Shown here one piece after another: positions 1 to 8,505 of a DNA stretch of 34,311 nucleotides. The DNA is from a virus (taxonomy: Duplodnaviria; Caudoviricetes). Below the pieces are notes generated by a model that was not told the DNA's origin, did not search any database, and saw nothing but the letters and a program-made list of their open reading frames with translations. Numbering within the stretch: position 1 is the stretch's first letter; every line of letters starts with the position of its first letter. The position numbers and the translations under genes were made by a program. The stretch covers positions 1 to 34,311 of IMG/VR virus record IMGVR_UViG_3300027689_000041; one strand, 5' to 3'.

Positions 1-985
1 CTGCCATAGTGGTTTTGAAATCTTCTGAAATGTTTGCACCGCCAGCGCCAAGCAAACTGGTTTGTGCAGGGCCAAGATTTGTAACCAAAGGTTGATTGCC
101 TGGGCGTTGAGACATTGGGCCAATCAATTGCGTTTGGCCTGTTGACGTAACAAGTGGTTGAGTTGGTGGCACTTGCACATCTTGCAAAGTTCCCGGCAAA
201 ACTGACCCTGGTGCATAAGGGCCAAACTGACCAGTTTGCACAACGCCTGTTTGCGCCCCAGTTGCAACTGGCACACCACTTGGCTGCAATGCTGACAACC
301 GCGAACCTTGGTCAAGGGTTGAAAGTAACTTGTCTTTTAAGAACTGACGCAAACCCACTGGGTTGGTTACAGCTTGTTCAAGATATGGGGCAATCAATTG
401 ATCGGCTTTTTCCTTTGGAATGCCCAAGGCAACAGCTTGGTCATCAGCATACTTTTTAACCCTTGCCGTCAATTTGTCTTTGTCTATTTCGTTAGGATTT
501 TGTTCTGCCGCAATGATCAATGGGTTGTTAATTAACCCAGTTAAACGATTAGCAATTGCAATCACTTGATCGCCAGCAAACTTCATTTGCGCTGATTGTG
601 TGCCTGTTTCAGCAGTCTTAAAGCCCTCCTGTGCGCCAAAAGAACTTGCCATGTCTTTTAGGTATGCCAAGCCTGTTAAAGGCGCAACTTCACTTGTAAT
701 TTTTGCCGCTTTTGCAGGGTCATATTTGCCATTAGTTGTGTACAGATTTGGGTCTGACATAACCGTTTGCATATTGCGGCGCTCTTTGTCTTTTTGTTCT
801 TCAACAGTAAGTGCAATTTCACCCGTGCGGGTTGCTTGTTGTTGTTGCTGTAATGTTAAAGGGTTGACTTGCTGGGCTTGCTGATAGGCTTGCGCTCCCC
901 TTGCAATGCCAAGCATATCGGCAAGGGAAGTCTGGGGCACAGGTTTAATCTCTGTGCCAAGCATTGGGACATTAAAAGTTGCCAT
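1..985 (-). CDS. DNA ejection (pilot) protein, P22 gp20 position; 5' part of a gene that spans the window ends
   Basis: ATG at 985 (MATFNVPMLGTEIKPVPQTSLADMLGIARGAQAYQQAQQ...), open to base 1. Joins in frame to 34311 (GCA G|AT GCA). Q/A-rich, lies between gp7-like and gp16-like genes. Absent from the ORF track. Confidence 0.75.
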   Translation of the reverse strand, partial: MATFNVPMLGTEIKPVPQTSLADMLGIARGAQAYQQAQQVNPLTLQQQQQATRTGEIALTVEEQKDKERRNMQTVMSDPNLYTTNGKYDPAKAAKITSEVAPLTGLAYLKDMASSFGAQEGFKTAETGTQSAQMKFAGDQVIAIANRLTGLINNPLIIAAEQNPNEIDKDKLTARVKKYADDQAVALGIPKEKADQLIAPYLEQAVTNPVGLRQFLKDKLLSTLDQGSRLSALQPSGVPVATGAQTGVVQTGQFGPYAPGSVLPGTLQDVQVPPTQPLVTSTGQTQLIGPMSQRPGNQPLVTNLGPAQTSLLGAGGANISEDFKTTMA

Positions 986-988
986 GTT

Positions 989-1768
989 TTATCCTACAAA
1001 ATATTGGCTAAAACCTTGATCGCTATATCCCGTGGGCAAGTTCATCATCCCAGCAGTTCCTGCTTGTGGGCGCAACAAAGATGCCAAGGTTGCGGCGTTT
1101 CCGATTCCCTGCATACCCCCTGCCATAGCGTTTGCAGCGCCGATTTGACCAGCGCCAAGAGCAGATGCACCCCCAATTCCCAATTGCCCAATATTTGATG
1201 CTGTGCTTTGTCCAAGATTTGCAGTTTGACCCGTGGCGGTTTGCCCAATGCCAGCGATTCCAGCCAATCGGTTGTAAACGTTTCCAAGGCCAGTTTGCTG
1301 TTGGTTAAATTTTTGGGCCTCTTGTCTCATGTAGTTATCAAGGGCATTTTGATAGGCGTTGCTTGCATAATCTTCCGCAAACTTAATCCCGCCTCGTTCA
1401 ACATTAGACCCACCCCCGCCAACGTTTAGGGCTTGACGGGTTGCGCCTAACCCTTGACCCTTCATAAACTCATAGTTTGGGGCAAGATTTGTCTGCAAAT
1501 CGGCAGCGGTAAATGGCTTGTATCCCACTGGAAGTTCTGTCAGTTGCGGCAACATTTGACCTATTCTGGTAAGCGCACCAGTTCCAGCAACGCGATACGG
1601 TTCTTGTTGCTTGTTCAGAATGTCAAACATTTCCCGCTGTTGACGGGCAGCTTCTTGAGTAGCCGCATACTGCTGACCAGCGGCAGATGTTGCAGCACCC
1701 GCTTGCTGTTGCGAACCCATGTAGCCCAATAATGCGCTACCGCCAATTGCTACCGCAACCCAAGTCAT
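989..1768 (-). CDS. DNA ejection protein, P22 gp7-like
   Basis: Hydrophobic G/A N-terminus, Q/G/A-rich body with QQEPYRVAG and PNYEF..QG segments; synteny after the gp10/gp26/gp14 positions. Confidence 0.75.
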   Translation of the reverse strand: MTWVAVAIGGSALLGYMGSQQQAGAATSAAGQQYAATQEAARQQREMFDILNKQQEPYRVAGTGALTRIGQMLPQLTELPVGYKPFTAADLQTNLAPNYEFMKGQGLGATRQALNVGGGGSNVERGGIKFAEDYASNAYQNALDNYMRQEAQKFNQQQTGLGNVYNRLAGIAGIGQTATGQTANLGQSTASNIGQLGIGGASALGAGQIGAANAMAGGMQGIGNAATLASLLRPQAGTAGMMNLPTGYSDQGFSQYFVG

Positions 1769-1769
1769 A

Positions 1770-2207
1770 TCATTCCCCTTTTAGCTTTTTAATGTCATTT
1801 CTGGCATCAAATAACGCTGTTGTATCTGGCTCAATCAATTCAGCTTCAATCTCATCAAGATCGGTTTTATCAGTTCTGTGAATCGTAATGCCAATGGCAT
1901 CAGTCACAGCCAGAGTTACCCGCTTTGTCCCAGGCTTGGATTCGATCACATCCCCCGCCTGGAGGCGCTTCATGCCGCTTTCTGTCCATGCGATTATCTC
2001 GCCTTTAGCACATAAAAAGAAGTGGGGTTCTTTATGAACTTTGCCCACAATCAGCGTCCCAGCAGGTCGAAACAATTTCCGCATATACATACCAGGGCTA
2101 AACTGGTGTTCTGTCACCAATTCTGCCTGTGGCATAGTCACCATCTGGGCCTGGAGGCTTTCTATTTGTTCCCGTGAGACATGGCTAGGCAAGTCAAGGT
2201 CGTTCAA
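1770..2207 (-). CDS. Cupin-fold phage protein in the P22 gp14 position
   Basis: HQFSPGMYMR..PAGTLIVGKVHKEPH..KG and GDVIESKPGTKR resemble cupin motifs 1 and 2. Confidence 0.6.
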   Translation of the reverse strand: MNDLDLPSHVSREQIESLQAQMVTMPQAELVTEHQFSPGMYMRKLFRPAGTLIVGKVHKEPHFFLCAKGEIIAWTESGMKRLQAGDVIESKPGTKRVTLAVTDAIGITIHRTDKTDLDEIEAELIEPDTTALFDARNDIKKLKGE

Positions 2208-2467
2208 AACGTGCCCCCTTTGACACCGTTTAAAGCCGTGAAATCAGTGAATTTACCCGCCGCAGGGGTTGTGAGGCCAATGGTGGAACTGTTGATCGTC
2301 ACATTGGTGATTGTGCCACCCGTAATGTTGGTGTTTGCCACATTCAAGGTGATGATGTTGGGATTCATCAACCATTGCAACCAAGGAACGCTGGGCCGTC
2401 CCGTAGTTTCGTCAAGAAACGCAGAATAGGGAATGTTGATGTTGCTGTTTGGAATTGAGGTTGCCAT
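2204..2467 (-). CDS. Small tail protein (gp26 needle position) ending in GGTF
   Basis: Coupled to the gp10-like gene; T/N/I beta-repeat segment; C-terminal GVKGGTF. Confidence 0.55.
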   Translation of the reverse strand: MATSIPNSNINIPYSAFLDETTGRPSVPWLQWLMNPNIITLNVANTNITGGTITNVTINSSTIGLTTPAAGKFTDFTALNGVKGGTF

Positions 2468-3945
2468 CAGTTATCCCCAGCAGACATTTTCAGTTCGGCA
2501 GACACAATGACCGTTTTTACAGGGTCACTAATCACCACCTCAAAAATCCTATCCCGTGACCAACCCAACCGCCGCCACAAAGCACGATTGACATAGTTAC
2601 CGATCTTGCCGATGCTGACCCAATGCTCGTTTGAAAAAGTAGAACCGCCATCGTTTGACCATCTCAGCATGGCCTGGGGGGTTTGCCCTTGGCCCACATT
2701 TAACCCAACCCCTGGCTGGAACTGAATCTGAAAAGAATCAAAATACTGGCGTTGTAAGTCTTGGGTTAGGTGAATGGCTCGGCGCAGTCTGCGGATTGTG
2801 TTGCCGTTGTCTGTATATACAGAATTATCCAAACTGTAAATCTTGCCATTCTCATAGTCGCCCACAAGGTTTTTATTGGCAAAGAATGCCGCACAGTTTG
2901 ACCGATGGCGTTTGTAAACTGCTAGATTTGAGTCCCAAGCCAACCACTTGTGCCAGCTTTTGGTTGACAGGTCATAAACCCAAGTAAGGCCATATTCCCC
3001 AACGCTGGGAAAGGTGACCACATACATTTCATGGCCTTCAATCTGGTATGTGTAGGCAATGGCATCAGAAACCACAGAATTCAACAATGACTGTTCAACA
3101 GCGTGGGTGCTGATTCTGACCCAGGTATAACCCTGCATCATTTCAATGGTTGCCGCACCTCTGTTGTCTTTTGCCACACAAGCAAATGTTTCACCCAATC
3201 GGGCCAGTGAATACTTGGCAACAATACCTGATTGACTTGAAGTCCCTGGCACTCGTTGGAATGGGAAACTGGTAATCCCTGCGATCACGTTGCCCACATC
3301 TGTCCAGACCTCGGTGGTCACTTCACCAATTAAATACACCTGTCGCTGGTTCACAATTAGCGTCACCAACAAGTCAGATGACCCATCAGCCGTGCCGTAC
3401 AGGGCTTGGGTGGATAGACTAGACCCCAGATCAGTACACGCCCAGTTTTGCGTTCCTGGCTCGTTATAGATGTTGTAGTTGTCAACCACATCAACCACAG
3501 AAGCACCCTGCCAAGGGCCGTCTGTGCTTGGCAAGGTGGTGAATGTGTTGGTTGCAACAACCCAGGTATACCGATTAGGGCCATCCACAATATAGGCGGT
3601 CAATCCATATCCCAAGTCAATGTTGTCAGATATGGACACTTGCCCCGTGCTGGTGGTGAGCGTCCCGATCTGGGTGGCAACAAATGCCGTGCTGACCTGA
3701 TACACCCGATTCCCAGCCACCGCAATCAGGATAGTTCCACCTGACATGGTGTGCAAGCCCCGCACCTCTGCCGCCAGAAGTTGTGCTTCTTGTGTCAATC
3801 CAGGCGTGGGGTATAGCGCCACAATGCCCCTGTCCCCAGGTTGCTTAGATGTATCAATCTCAGCAAAGAAATTGATGCATTCTTGATCACCTTGGTAGAT
3901 AGATGGCGCAACGTAGGATGTGCCGACAAAGCCAAAATCAGGCAT
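2467..3945 (-). CDS. Tail hub / packaged DNA stabilization protein, P22 gp10-like
   Basis: 492 aa; LYPTPGL, TWVYD...WH, SNDGG.TF and WRRLG.SRDR.F motifs typical of the gp10 family. Confidence 0.9.
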   Translation of the reverse strand: MPDFGFVGTSYVAPSIYQGDQECINFFAEIDTSKQPGDRGIVALYPTPGLTQEAQLLAAEVRGLHTMSGGTILIAVAGNRVYQVSTAFVATQIGTLTTSTGQVSISDNIDLGYGLTAYIVDGPNRYTWVVATNTFTTLPSTDGPWQGASVVDVVDNYNIYNEPGTQNWACTDLGSSLSTQALYGTADGSSDLLVTLIVNQRQVYLIGEVTTEVWTDVGNVIAGITSFPFQRVPGTSSQSGIVAKYSLARLGETFACVAKDNRGAATIEMMQGYTWVRISTHAVEQSLLNSVVSDAIAYTYQIEGHEMYVVTFPSVGEYGLTWVYDLSTKSWHKWLAWDSNLAVYKRHRSNCAAFFANKNLVGDYENGKIYSLDNSVYTDNGNTIRRLRRAIHLTQDLQRQYFDSFQIQFQPGVGLNVGQGQTPQAMLRWSNDGGSTFSNEHWVSIGKIGNYVNRALWRRLGWSRDRIFEVVISDPVKTVIVSAELKMSAGDN

Positions 3946-3978
3946 TATCTAAATCCCCCATCATGATTTTTTTATAAA

Positions 3979-4953
3979 TCATCTGAAGCCGCCGTCCATA
4001 ATAAAGCCCGCATCTCTAGCCCTGCCAACCATTAGACTGTCAGGGTATCGTGAAATCTGGGCTGGGCGCATATTGGTGCGTTTGACCGTGGCTTTGCCTT
4101 GCCCCGCATAGGCGTTGATCATGGCAATCTGTACCTGATTGACTTTGCCAAACATGGGCAGCAAACGTTCAGCCAAGCACCACCGCAGGGCCATGTTGTA
4201 GCCTTGGGGCAGTTGGATGGTGTCGTTTAGCGTTGCAAATTCTCTGAAGATTGTCTGGGTGAACAAGTGCAATTCACCCTGGGACGGGTTGGGGTACACA
4301 TAAATTGTGCCCAGCAGTTCAGAGGGTTGATAGTAGATCGCCTTTGCCCAAGGGCCATTTAATTGCTTGATGCCGATGGATTCATATTCTTCAAGGCTAA
4401 GAATCGACAAGGGATAGTCAAGATAACCCCCCGCAATGTTTGTCCCGCCTTGCTGAGTCGCCACCCGCACAAAGCCAGATTCAATTGACAATGGGCGCTC
4501 ATAGTAGGCCGTAATCGTGGTGCTAGCGGCGGTTTGGCTTGGGGTGACGGTATACGTCCCGCCTTCGTTTACATTGCCCCCAGCGCCCGTTGTGAAGCCC
4601 ACAATCCTTGTTCCCGATGTGATGCCTGTTCCTGATAGCGTCATACCGATGTTGATGCCGCCAGCGGTCACCCCATTAGCTGGGACGGTCAAGGTTGTGC
4701 CAGCAATAGACCCCGTGAACGTGGCCCCCATCTGACCGCTTGGGCCAATGGTGTACTGAACCTGATTTTGCGTGGTCTGGAAAATGATCTCTGATCGATA
4801 GAAAACCATCATGTTTTCATTCGACCATTGGGCGATCATGTCATTGAGCATATCCAGACCATCTTGCGCCTCGTCTGCCGTTGGCACTTCACCAGCGGCG
4901 ACAGCGCCAATATCCTTCATGGCTCGGGTGATGATGTCAATCGGCTGGGTCAT
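3979..4953 (-). CDS. Head-tail adaptor, P22 gp4-like, with inserted T/G-rich beta domain
   Basis: N-terminal [11 protein letters not shown]...[12 protein letters not shown] and C-terminal [17 protein letters not shown] helices; directly precedes gp10-like gene. Confidence 0.75.
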   Translation of the reverse strand: MTQPIDIITRAMKDIGAVAAGEVPTADEAQDGLDMLNDMIAQWSNENMMVFYRSEIIFQTTQNQVQYTIGPSGQMGATFTGSIAGTTLTVPANGVTAGGINIGMTLSGTGITSGTRIVGFTTGAGGNVNEGGTYTVTPSQTAASTTITAYYERPLSIESGFVRVATQQGGTNIAGGYLDYPLSILSLEEYESIGIKQLNGPWAKAIYYQPSELLGTIYVYPNPSQGELHLFTQTIFREFATLNDTIQLPQGYNMALRWCLAERLLPMFGKVNQVQIAMINAYAGQGKATVKRTNMRPAQISRYPDSLMVGRARDAGFIMDGGFR

Positions 4954-4956
4954 GAT

Positions 4957-5223
4957 TTATTCCAATGTTGGCAATTGTGCCGCTTCTTGCAATGCTTGTG
5001 CAGCCTGATATGCCGCCACCACATCAGCGGTATGCACGGCAACGCAAATGGCTTGAACCTTGGCATCCTCGGCACTGTAATCGTCCCCAGGCTTAAAGTA
5101 GTTGCCTTTGACCTGCTCGGCAAAAGGCTTGCCATCTTCAAGAACGGTCACCACATATCGCACAGCAACAGTTTGATCTGCCAGTACTTCAATGCGGTCA
5201 ACAACAGTTTGTTTTTCAAACAT
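4957..5223 (-). CDS. Small tail-fibre-associated protein (possible chaperone)
   Basis: 88-aa ORF directly after the tailspike; VQAICVAVHT..VVAAY motif. Confidence 0.55.
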   Translation of the reverse strand: MFEKQTVVDRIEVLADQTVAVRYVVTVLEDGKPFAEQVKGNYFKPGDDYSAEDAKVQAICVAVHTADVVAAYQAAQALQEAAQLPTLE

Positions 5224-5243
5224 AAAAAACCTTTTTGAAAAAA

Positions 5244-6707
5244 TTAAATCATTCGACCTTCAAATCGAGTGCGCCAATCAACAGCAGTAGTTCCTGATAA
5301 AACATCAACAGTTTTTGTTGAACCTGCCACCGTTATTTGAAGATATGCCGTGTCTGATGGCGACATTGAAACAGTAACCGTTCCTTGTAAAAATACATAG
5401 TCTGGAGAAGCACCGCCAGTGCGAACAGCACCAGGGTTTATTGCGCCAAGAGTATATACATCACTAGTTGTGACTAAAGACAGATATGCCGATGTGTGCC
5501 CTGCGGCAACATCGCCAAGTGCAATAACGCCAGAAAATTGATAATAGCCAAACAATGGGGCTGTAAAAACACCCGTGGCAGCGTTAAAAAATCCACCCGA
5601 ATCATATTCTTCTGTAAAAGCACTGCTGTTTAATGAAAAAACAGTGCCATCACCAGTTGCGTTATTTTGATCGCTGGTTATGCCCGCCGCAAATGCGCCA
5701 TTGTCTGATCGAACAAGACCTTGTGAACGGTATCTATACCCAGGCTCAAGAACCACGTTGCTAGTCATAGCATCGTATTCATACAAACCATTTACACTCT
5801 TAATCAATGTTGAACCGCTAGACACAGGAACAAAACAACCTTTGATTGAGAAATTGCCAGCGGCATTCCCCATATTCATCAGTTGAGTCGTATTTGTAGA
5901 TTTTGTTTGTAAATAGCAACCATCAAAATTGCAAGTGTGCGAAGTTGTGGCTAGATAAATACCTGTTGTGCTATCTTCAAACCAACAGCCTGTAAAGTTG
6001 GCAACTTGAATATTTGTGCCGTTAAAATCGTATGCACCAGATTGACTAAACACACATCCAACAAAAGTCCAAGCAGAACCACCCAATCCTGTCACCGCAT
6101 TGGTACATAGTGAAAATGTGGTGTTATTAAATCGTTGTAGTGCGCCAGCGCCAATAGCGCCTCGAACAGCACCAATTACAAAACAGCTATTAATTTCTGT
6201 GTCATGGGCAAAATCAGGAAAAGAACCCGAACCAAGATTAAAAGCCGTGCTGTTAGCACCTGTTAATCCGCTAATTGTAAGATACTCATATCTATTCCTC
6301 CATGCACCGCCTGATACGGCTGCTGCATATCCTTCAATAGCAATGTTTGCCAAAGAGTTGCCGTTAAACCAAATATTTTTAACTGTGCAATTTTGCCAAT
6401 TTTCTGTTGTTCCATTGCTAATAGAAAACATTTTTCCACTAGAAGCGCCAATCCACTTTAAAACAGATCGGGCAGGTTCATTTGTGTTTCCATCACCATC
6501 GCCAAAAAAAATCTGACCATCAGAATTTAAACGCAAAGTTGCAGAAATGGCGTATGTATTTTGAGGTAGATAAACAGAACGACCCGTGGTTAACGCCGCT
6601 TGAATAGCGGCAGTGTCATCTGTTGTACCGTCACCAACCGCACCAAAATCCAGCACGTTGGCAGGTGCGCCAGTTATCATTGAATAAGAAACTTTTGTTA
6701 ATGACAT
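5244..6707 (-). CDS. Tailspike: pectate-lyase-like beta-helix with C-terminal C1q-like domain
   Basis: NVLDFGAVGDGTTDDTAAIQAAL (Pectate_lyase_3 start), F.GC.F beta-helix rungs, C-terminal FNAATGVFTAPLFGYYQF (C1q-type). Confidence 0.85.
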   Translation of the reverse strand: MSLTKVSYSMITGAPANVLDFGAVGDGTTDDTAAIQAALTTGRSVYLPQNTYAISATLRLNSDGQIFFGDGDGNTNEPARSVLKWIGASSGKMFSISNGTTENWQNCTVKNIWFNGNSLANIAIEGYAAAVSGGAWRNRYEYLTISGLTGANSTAFNLGSGSFPDFAHDTEINSCFVIGAVRGAIGAGALQRFNNTTFSLCTNAVTGLGGSAWTFVGCVFSQSGAYDFNGTNIQVANFTGCWFEDSTTGIYLATTSHTCNFDGCYLQTKSTNTTQLMNMGNAAGNFSIKGCFVPVSSGSTLIKSVNGLYEYDAMTSNVVLEPGYRYRSQGLVRSDNGAFAAGITSDQNNATGDGTVFSLNSSAFTEEYDSGGFFNAATGVFTAPLFGYYQFSGVIALGDVAAGHTSAYLSLVTTSDVYTLGAINPGAVRTGGASPDYVFLQGTVTVSMSPSDTAYLQITVAGSTKTVDVLSGTTAVDWRTRFEGRMI

Positions 6708-6718
6708 TTTTTAATTCC

Positions 6719-7714
6719 TTAAGCTGTGTAATAAGTTATTGACAAAGCATATTGGTAGGTGTTTGCCCATATAATTGCGCCTCCAGCCACAGACGCAATG
6801 TAAATGCTGGTATAGGGAGAACCACCCGCAATTACGCAAGCATAAGTTACACCCGTAACGCCTGTTTCACGCGCCGCGCCCATTTGTTGAAGGTATCCCG
6901 CACCAGATTGAGCGCCATTTGCAAACGGCAGATTAGAAATTTGTAATGTACCGCTGGCTGTACCTACGTTGGTCAGATCAACGTATGCGGTTACAGTAAC
7001 TTGTCTACCCACGCGAGTGTAAGTGCCTCCAGATGCGTAGGTTGTAATTGAACCCGCGCCTGGTATGGCTGTTGGTGTCCAAGTGCCTTCCTCGTACCAA
7101 TTTAACAGAGTGCTAGTTTTACCCGCCAGTGGAGTGTTGGCGCTGAAGTTGATGCCTTTGGCAGATGTGCCTTGGGTAATATTGCCAGTACTTAAATTTA
7201 CATCACCCGCTAATGTGGGCGTGGTAATTGTTGGGCTAGTGCTAAACACCAAATTTGTGGTGGTTGTTCCTGTCGCACCTGATGCCGAATACCCTGTAAT
7301 GTTGTTAAACGATGTGATGCTGGCAGTAGATGCGTTTGTGCCGCCATTGGCAACAGGCAAAACACCAGAAACATGGGTGGTTAAACCAATCTTGCCCCAG
7401 CTTGGCGCAGTTGATACACCGCCCGATATAAGCGCATTGCCCGTAGCTACATCAGGCAGTTTTGCAAGGGTTGTGGTGGTGTCTGCATAGAGCAAGTCCC
7501 CCACCGCATAAGAAGTTTGACCCGTTCCGCCAGCCGTAGCTGGAACAACTTTCCACCCAATGACTTGCACCGCCGCCGCATTGTCTTTGTAGAACAGTTT
7601 GCCATCGGTGATGTTGATCGCCAATTCACCATTGGCAAGACTTGCCGCCAACGGCACATTGGTTGTTGTACTGCTGAAATACAGTTGGATGGGGGTAAAA
7701 CCTGTTTGTGCCAT
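6719..7714 (-). CDS. Tail fibre protein
   Basis: N-terminal LANGELAINITDGKLFYK (Mtd_N/hyaluronidase-like), LPVANGGT repeats, C-terminal YEEGTWTP...YTRVGRQV domain. Confidence 0.75.
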   Translation of the reverse strand: MAQTGFTPIQLYFSSTTTNVPLAASLANGELAINITDGKLFYKDNAAAVQVIGWKVVPATAGGTGQTSYAVGDLLYADTTTTLAKLPDVATGNALISGGVSTAPSWGKIGLTTHVSGVLPVANGGTNASTASITSFNNITGYSASGATGTTTTNLVFSTSPTITTPTLAGDVNLSTGNITQGTSAKGINFSANTPLAGKTSTLLNWYEEGTWTPTAIPGAGSITTYASGGTYTRVGRQVTVTAYVDLTNVGTASGTLQISNLPFANGAQSGAGYLQQMGAARETGVTGVTYACVIAGGSPYTSIYIASVAGGAIIWANTYQYALSITYYTA

Positions 7715-7722
7715 GTTTAACC

Positions 7723-8220
7723 TTAATTGAACATGACTTCAATTGTTGAAGTGTATGGGGGCGCTTGGGAAAACGTCAAAGTTGTGCCAGACACCGTATA
7801 TGTGTTTTTTTGCTGATACACGCCATTGATGTACACAAATGTAAAGTTTTCACCCAATGATGCAGAACTCAATGTAAATATGGTTTGTGACCCTGTGCCA
7901 GTAAAGTTTTGAACTTGATACTCTGCCGCACCAATGCCAGAAATATTGTCGTAAGTTGCAATTAGTGTGCTTGTTGCCGTATAAATTGCAAATTTGTATT
8001 GGGTTGGTGTCAGCCAAATTTCACCAGTTGGCACACGCCCAGCAGAATTCAAAACAATTGGATTTGAATGGGCAACATTGCCAGCACTTGTTGTGTAACT
8101 AACTTGCGGCGTTGTTGTCCCCGCCAAATAGGTGTATATCAATCCCCCCGACAAAACCGTGCCATCGTTGTTGAAAAACTGCCACCCTGCGCCGCCGATT
8201 GGTGATAAAAATACACTCAT
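7723..8220 (-). CDS. Tailspike/fibre adaptor (virion-attachment-like N domain plus small beta domain)
   Basis: QFFNNDGTVLSGGLIYTYLAGTTTP...NPIVLNSAGR N-domain; FTGTGSQTIFTL...VYINGVYQ...LTFSQAPP C-domain. Confidence 0.65.
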   Translation of the reverse strand: MSVFLSPIGGAGWQFFNNDGTVLSGGLIYTYLAGTTTPQVSYTTSAGNVAHSNPIVLNSAGRVPTGEIWLTPTQYKFAIYTATSTLIATYDNISGIGAAEYQVQNFTGTGSQTIFTLSSASLGENFTFVYINGVYQQKNTYTVSGTTLTFSQAPPYTSTIEVMFN

Positions 8221-8229
8221 GGTTTGTCC

Positions 8230-8505
8230 TCAAATGCTCGGTGTAAAGACCTGGGGCAACCAGGGGGCGACAACCACCCGCTGGGTTGCCGCAGCTTGTT
8301 CATTTAATCGGGCCTCGACCTGTGCGCCAATGTCGGCGGTCACCCAGCCGATCACAATATCCTCGGTCACATCAGCAAATGGCACGGTCAACTTTGGTTC
8401 GGCAAACTTCCACCAGCCTTCAGTTTCCACCCCGTTTTTAGCGCAGAAATACCGTGCGCCTGTGATCAGATCGCCATCGGCTTGGATTTCCAAGATTTTC
8501 CACAT
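8230..8505 (-). CDS. Small tail-fibre-associated protein
   Basis: 91 aa, coupled to the fibre gene; VPFADVTEDIVIGWV and terminal APW motifs. Confidence 0.55.
   Translation of the reverse strand: MWKILEIQADGDLITGARYFCAKNGVETEGWWKFAEPKLTVPFADVTEDIVIGWVTADIGAQVEARLNEQAAATQRVVVAPWLPQVFTPSI

Noticed and set aside
6719-7714. Diversity-generating retroelement suggested by the Mtd_N-like domain
   Set aside because: No reverse transcriptase in the genome and no template/variable repeat pair seen
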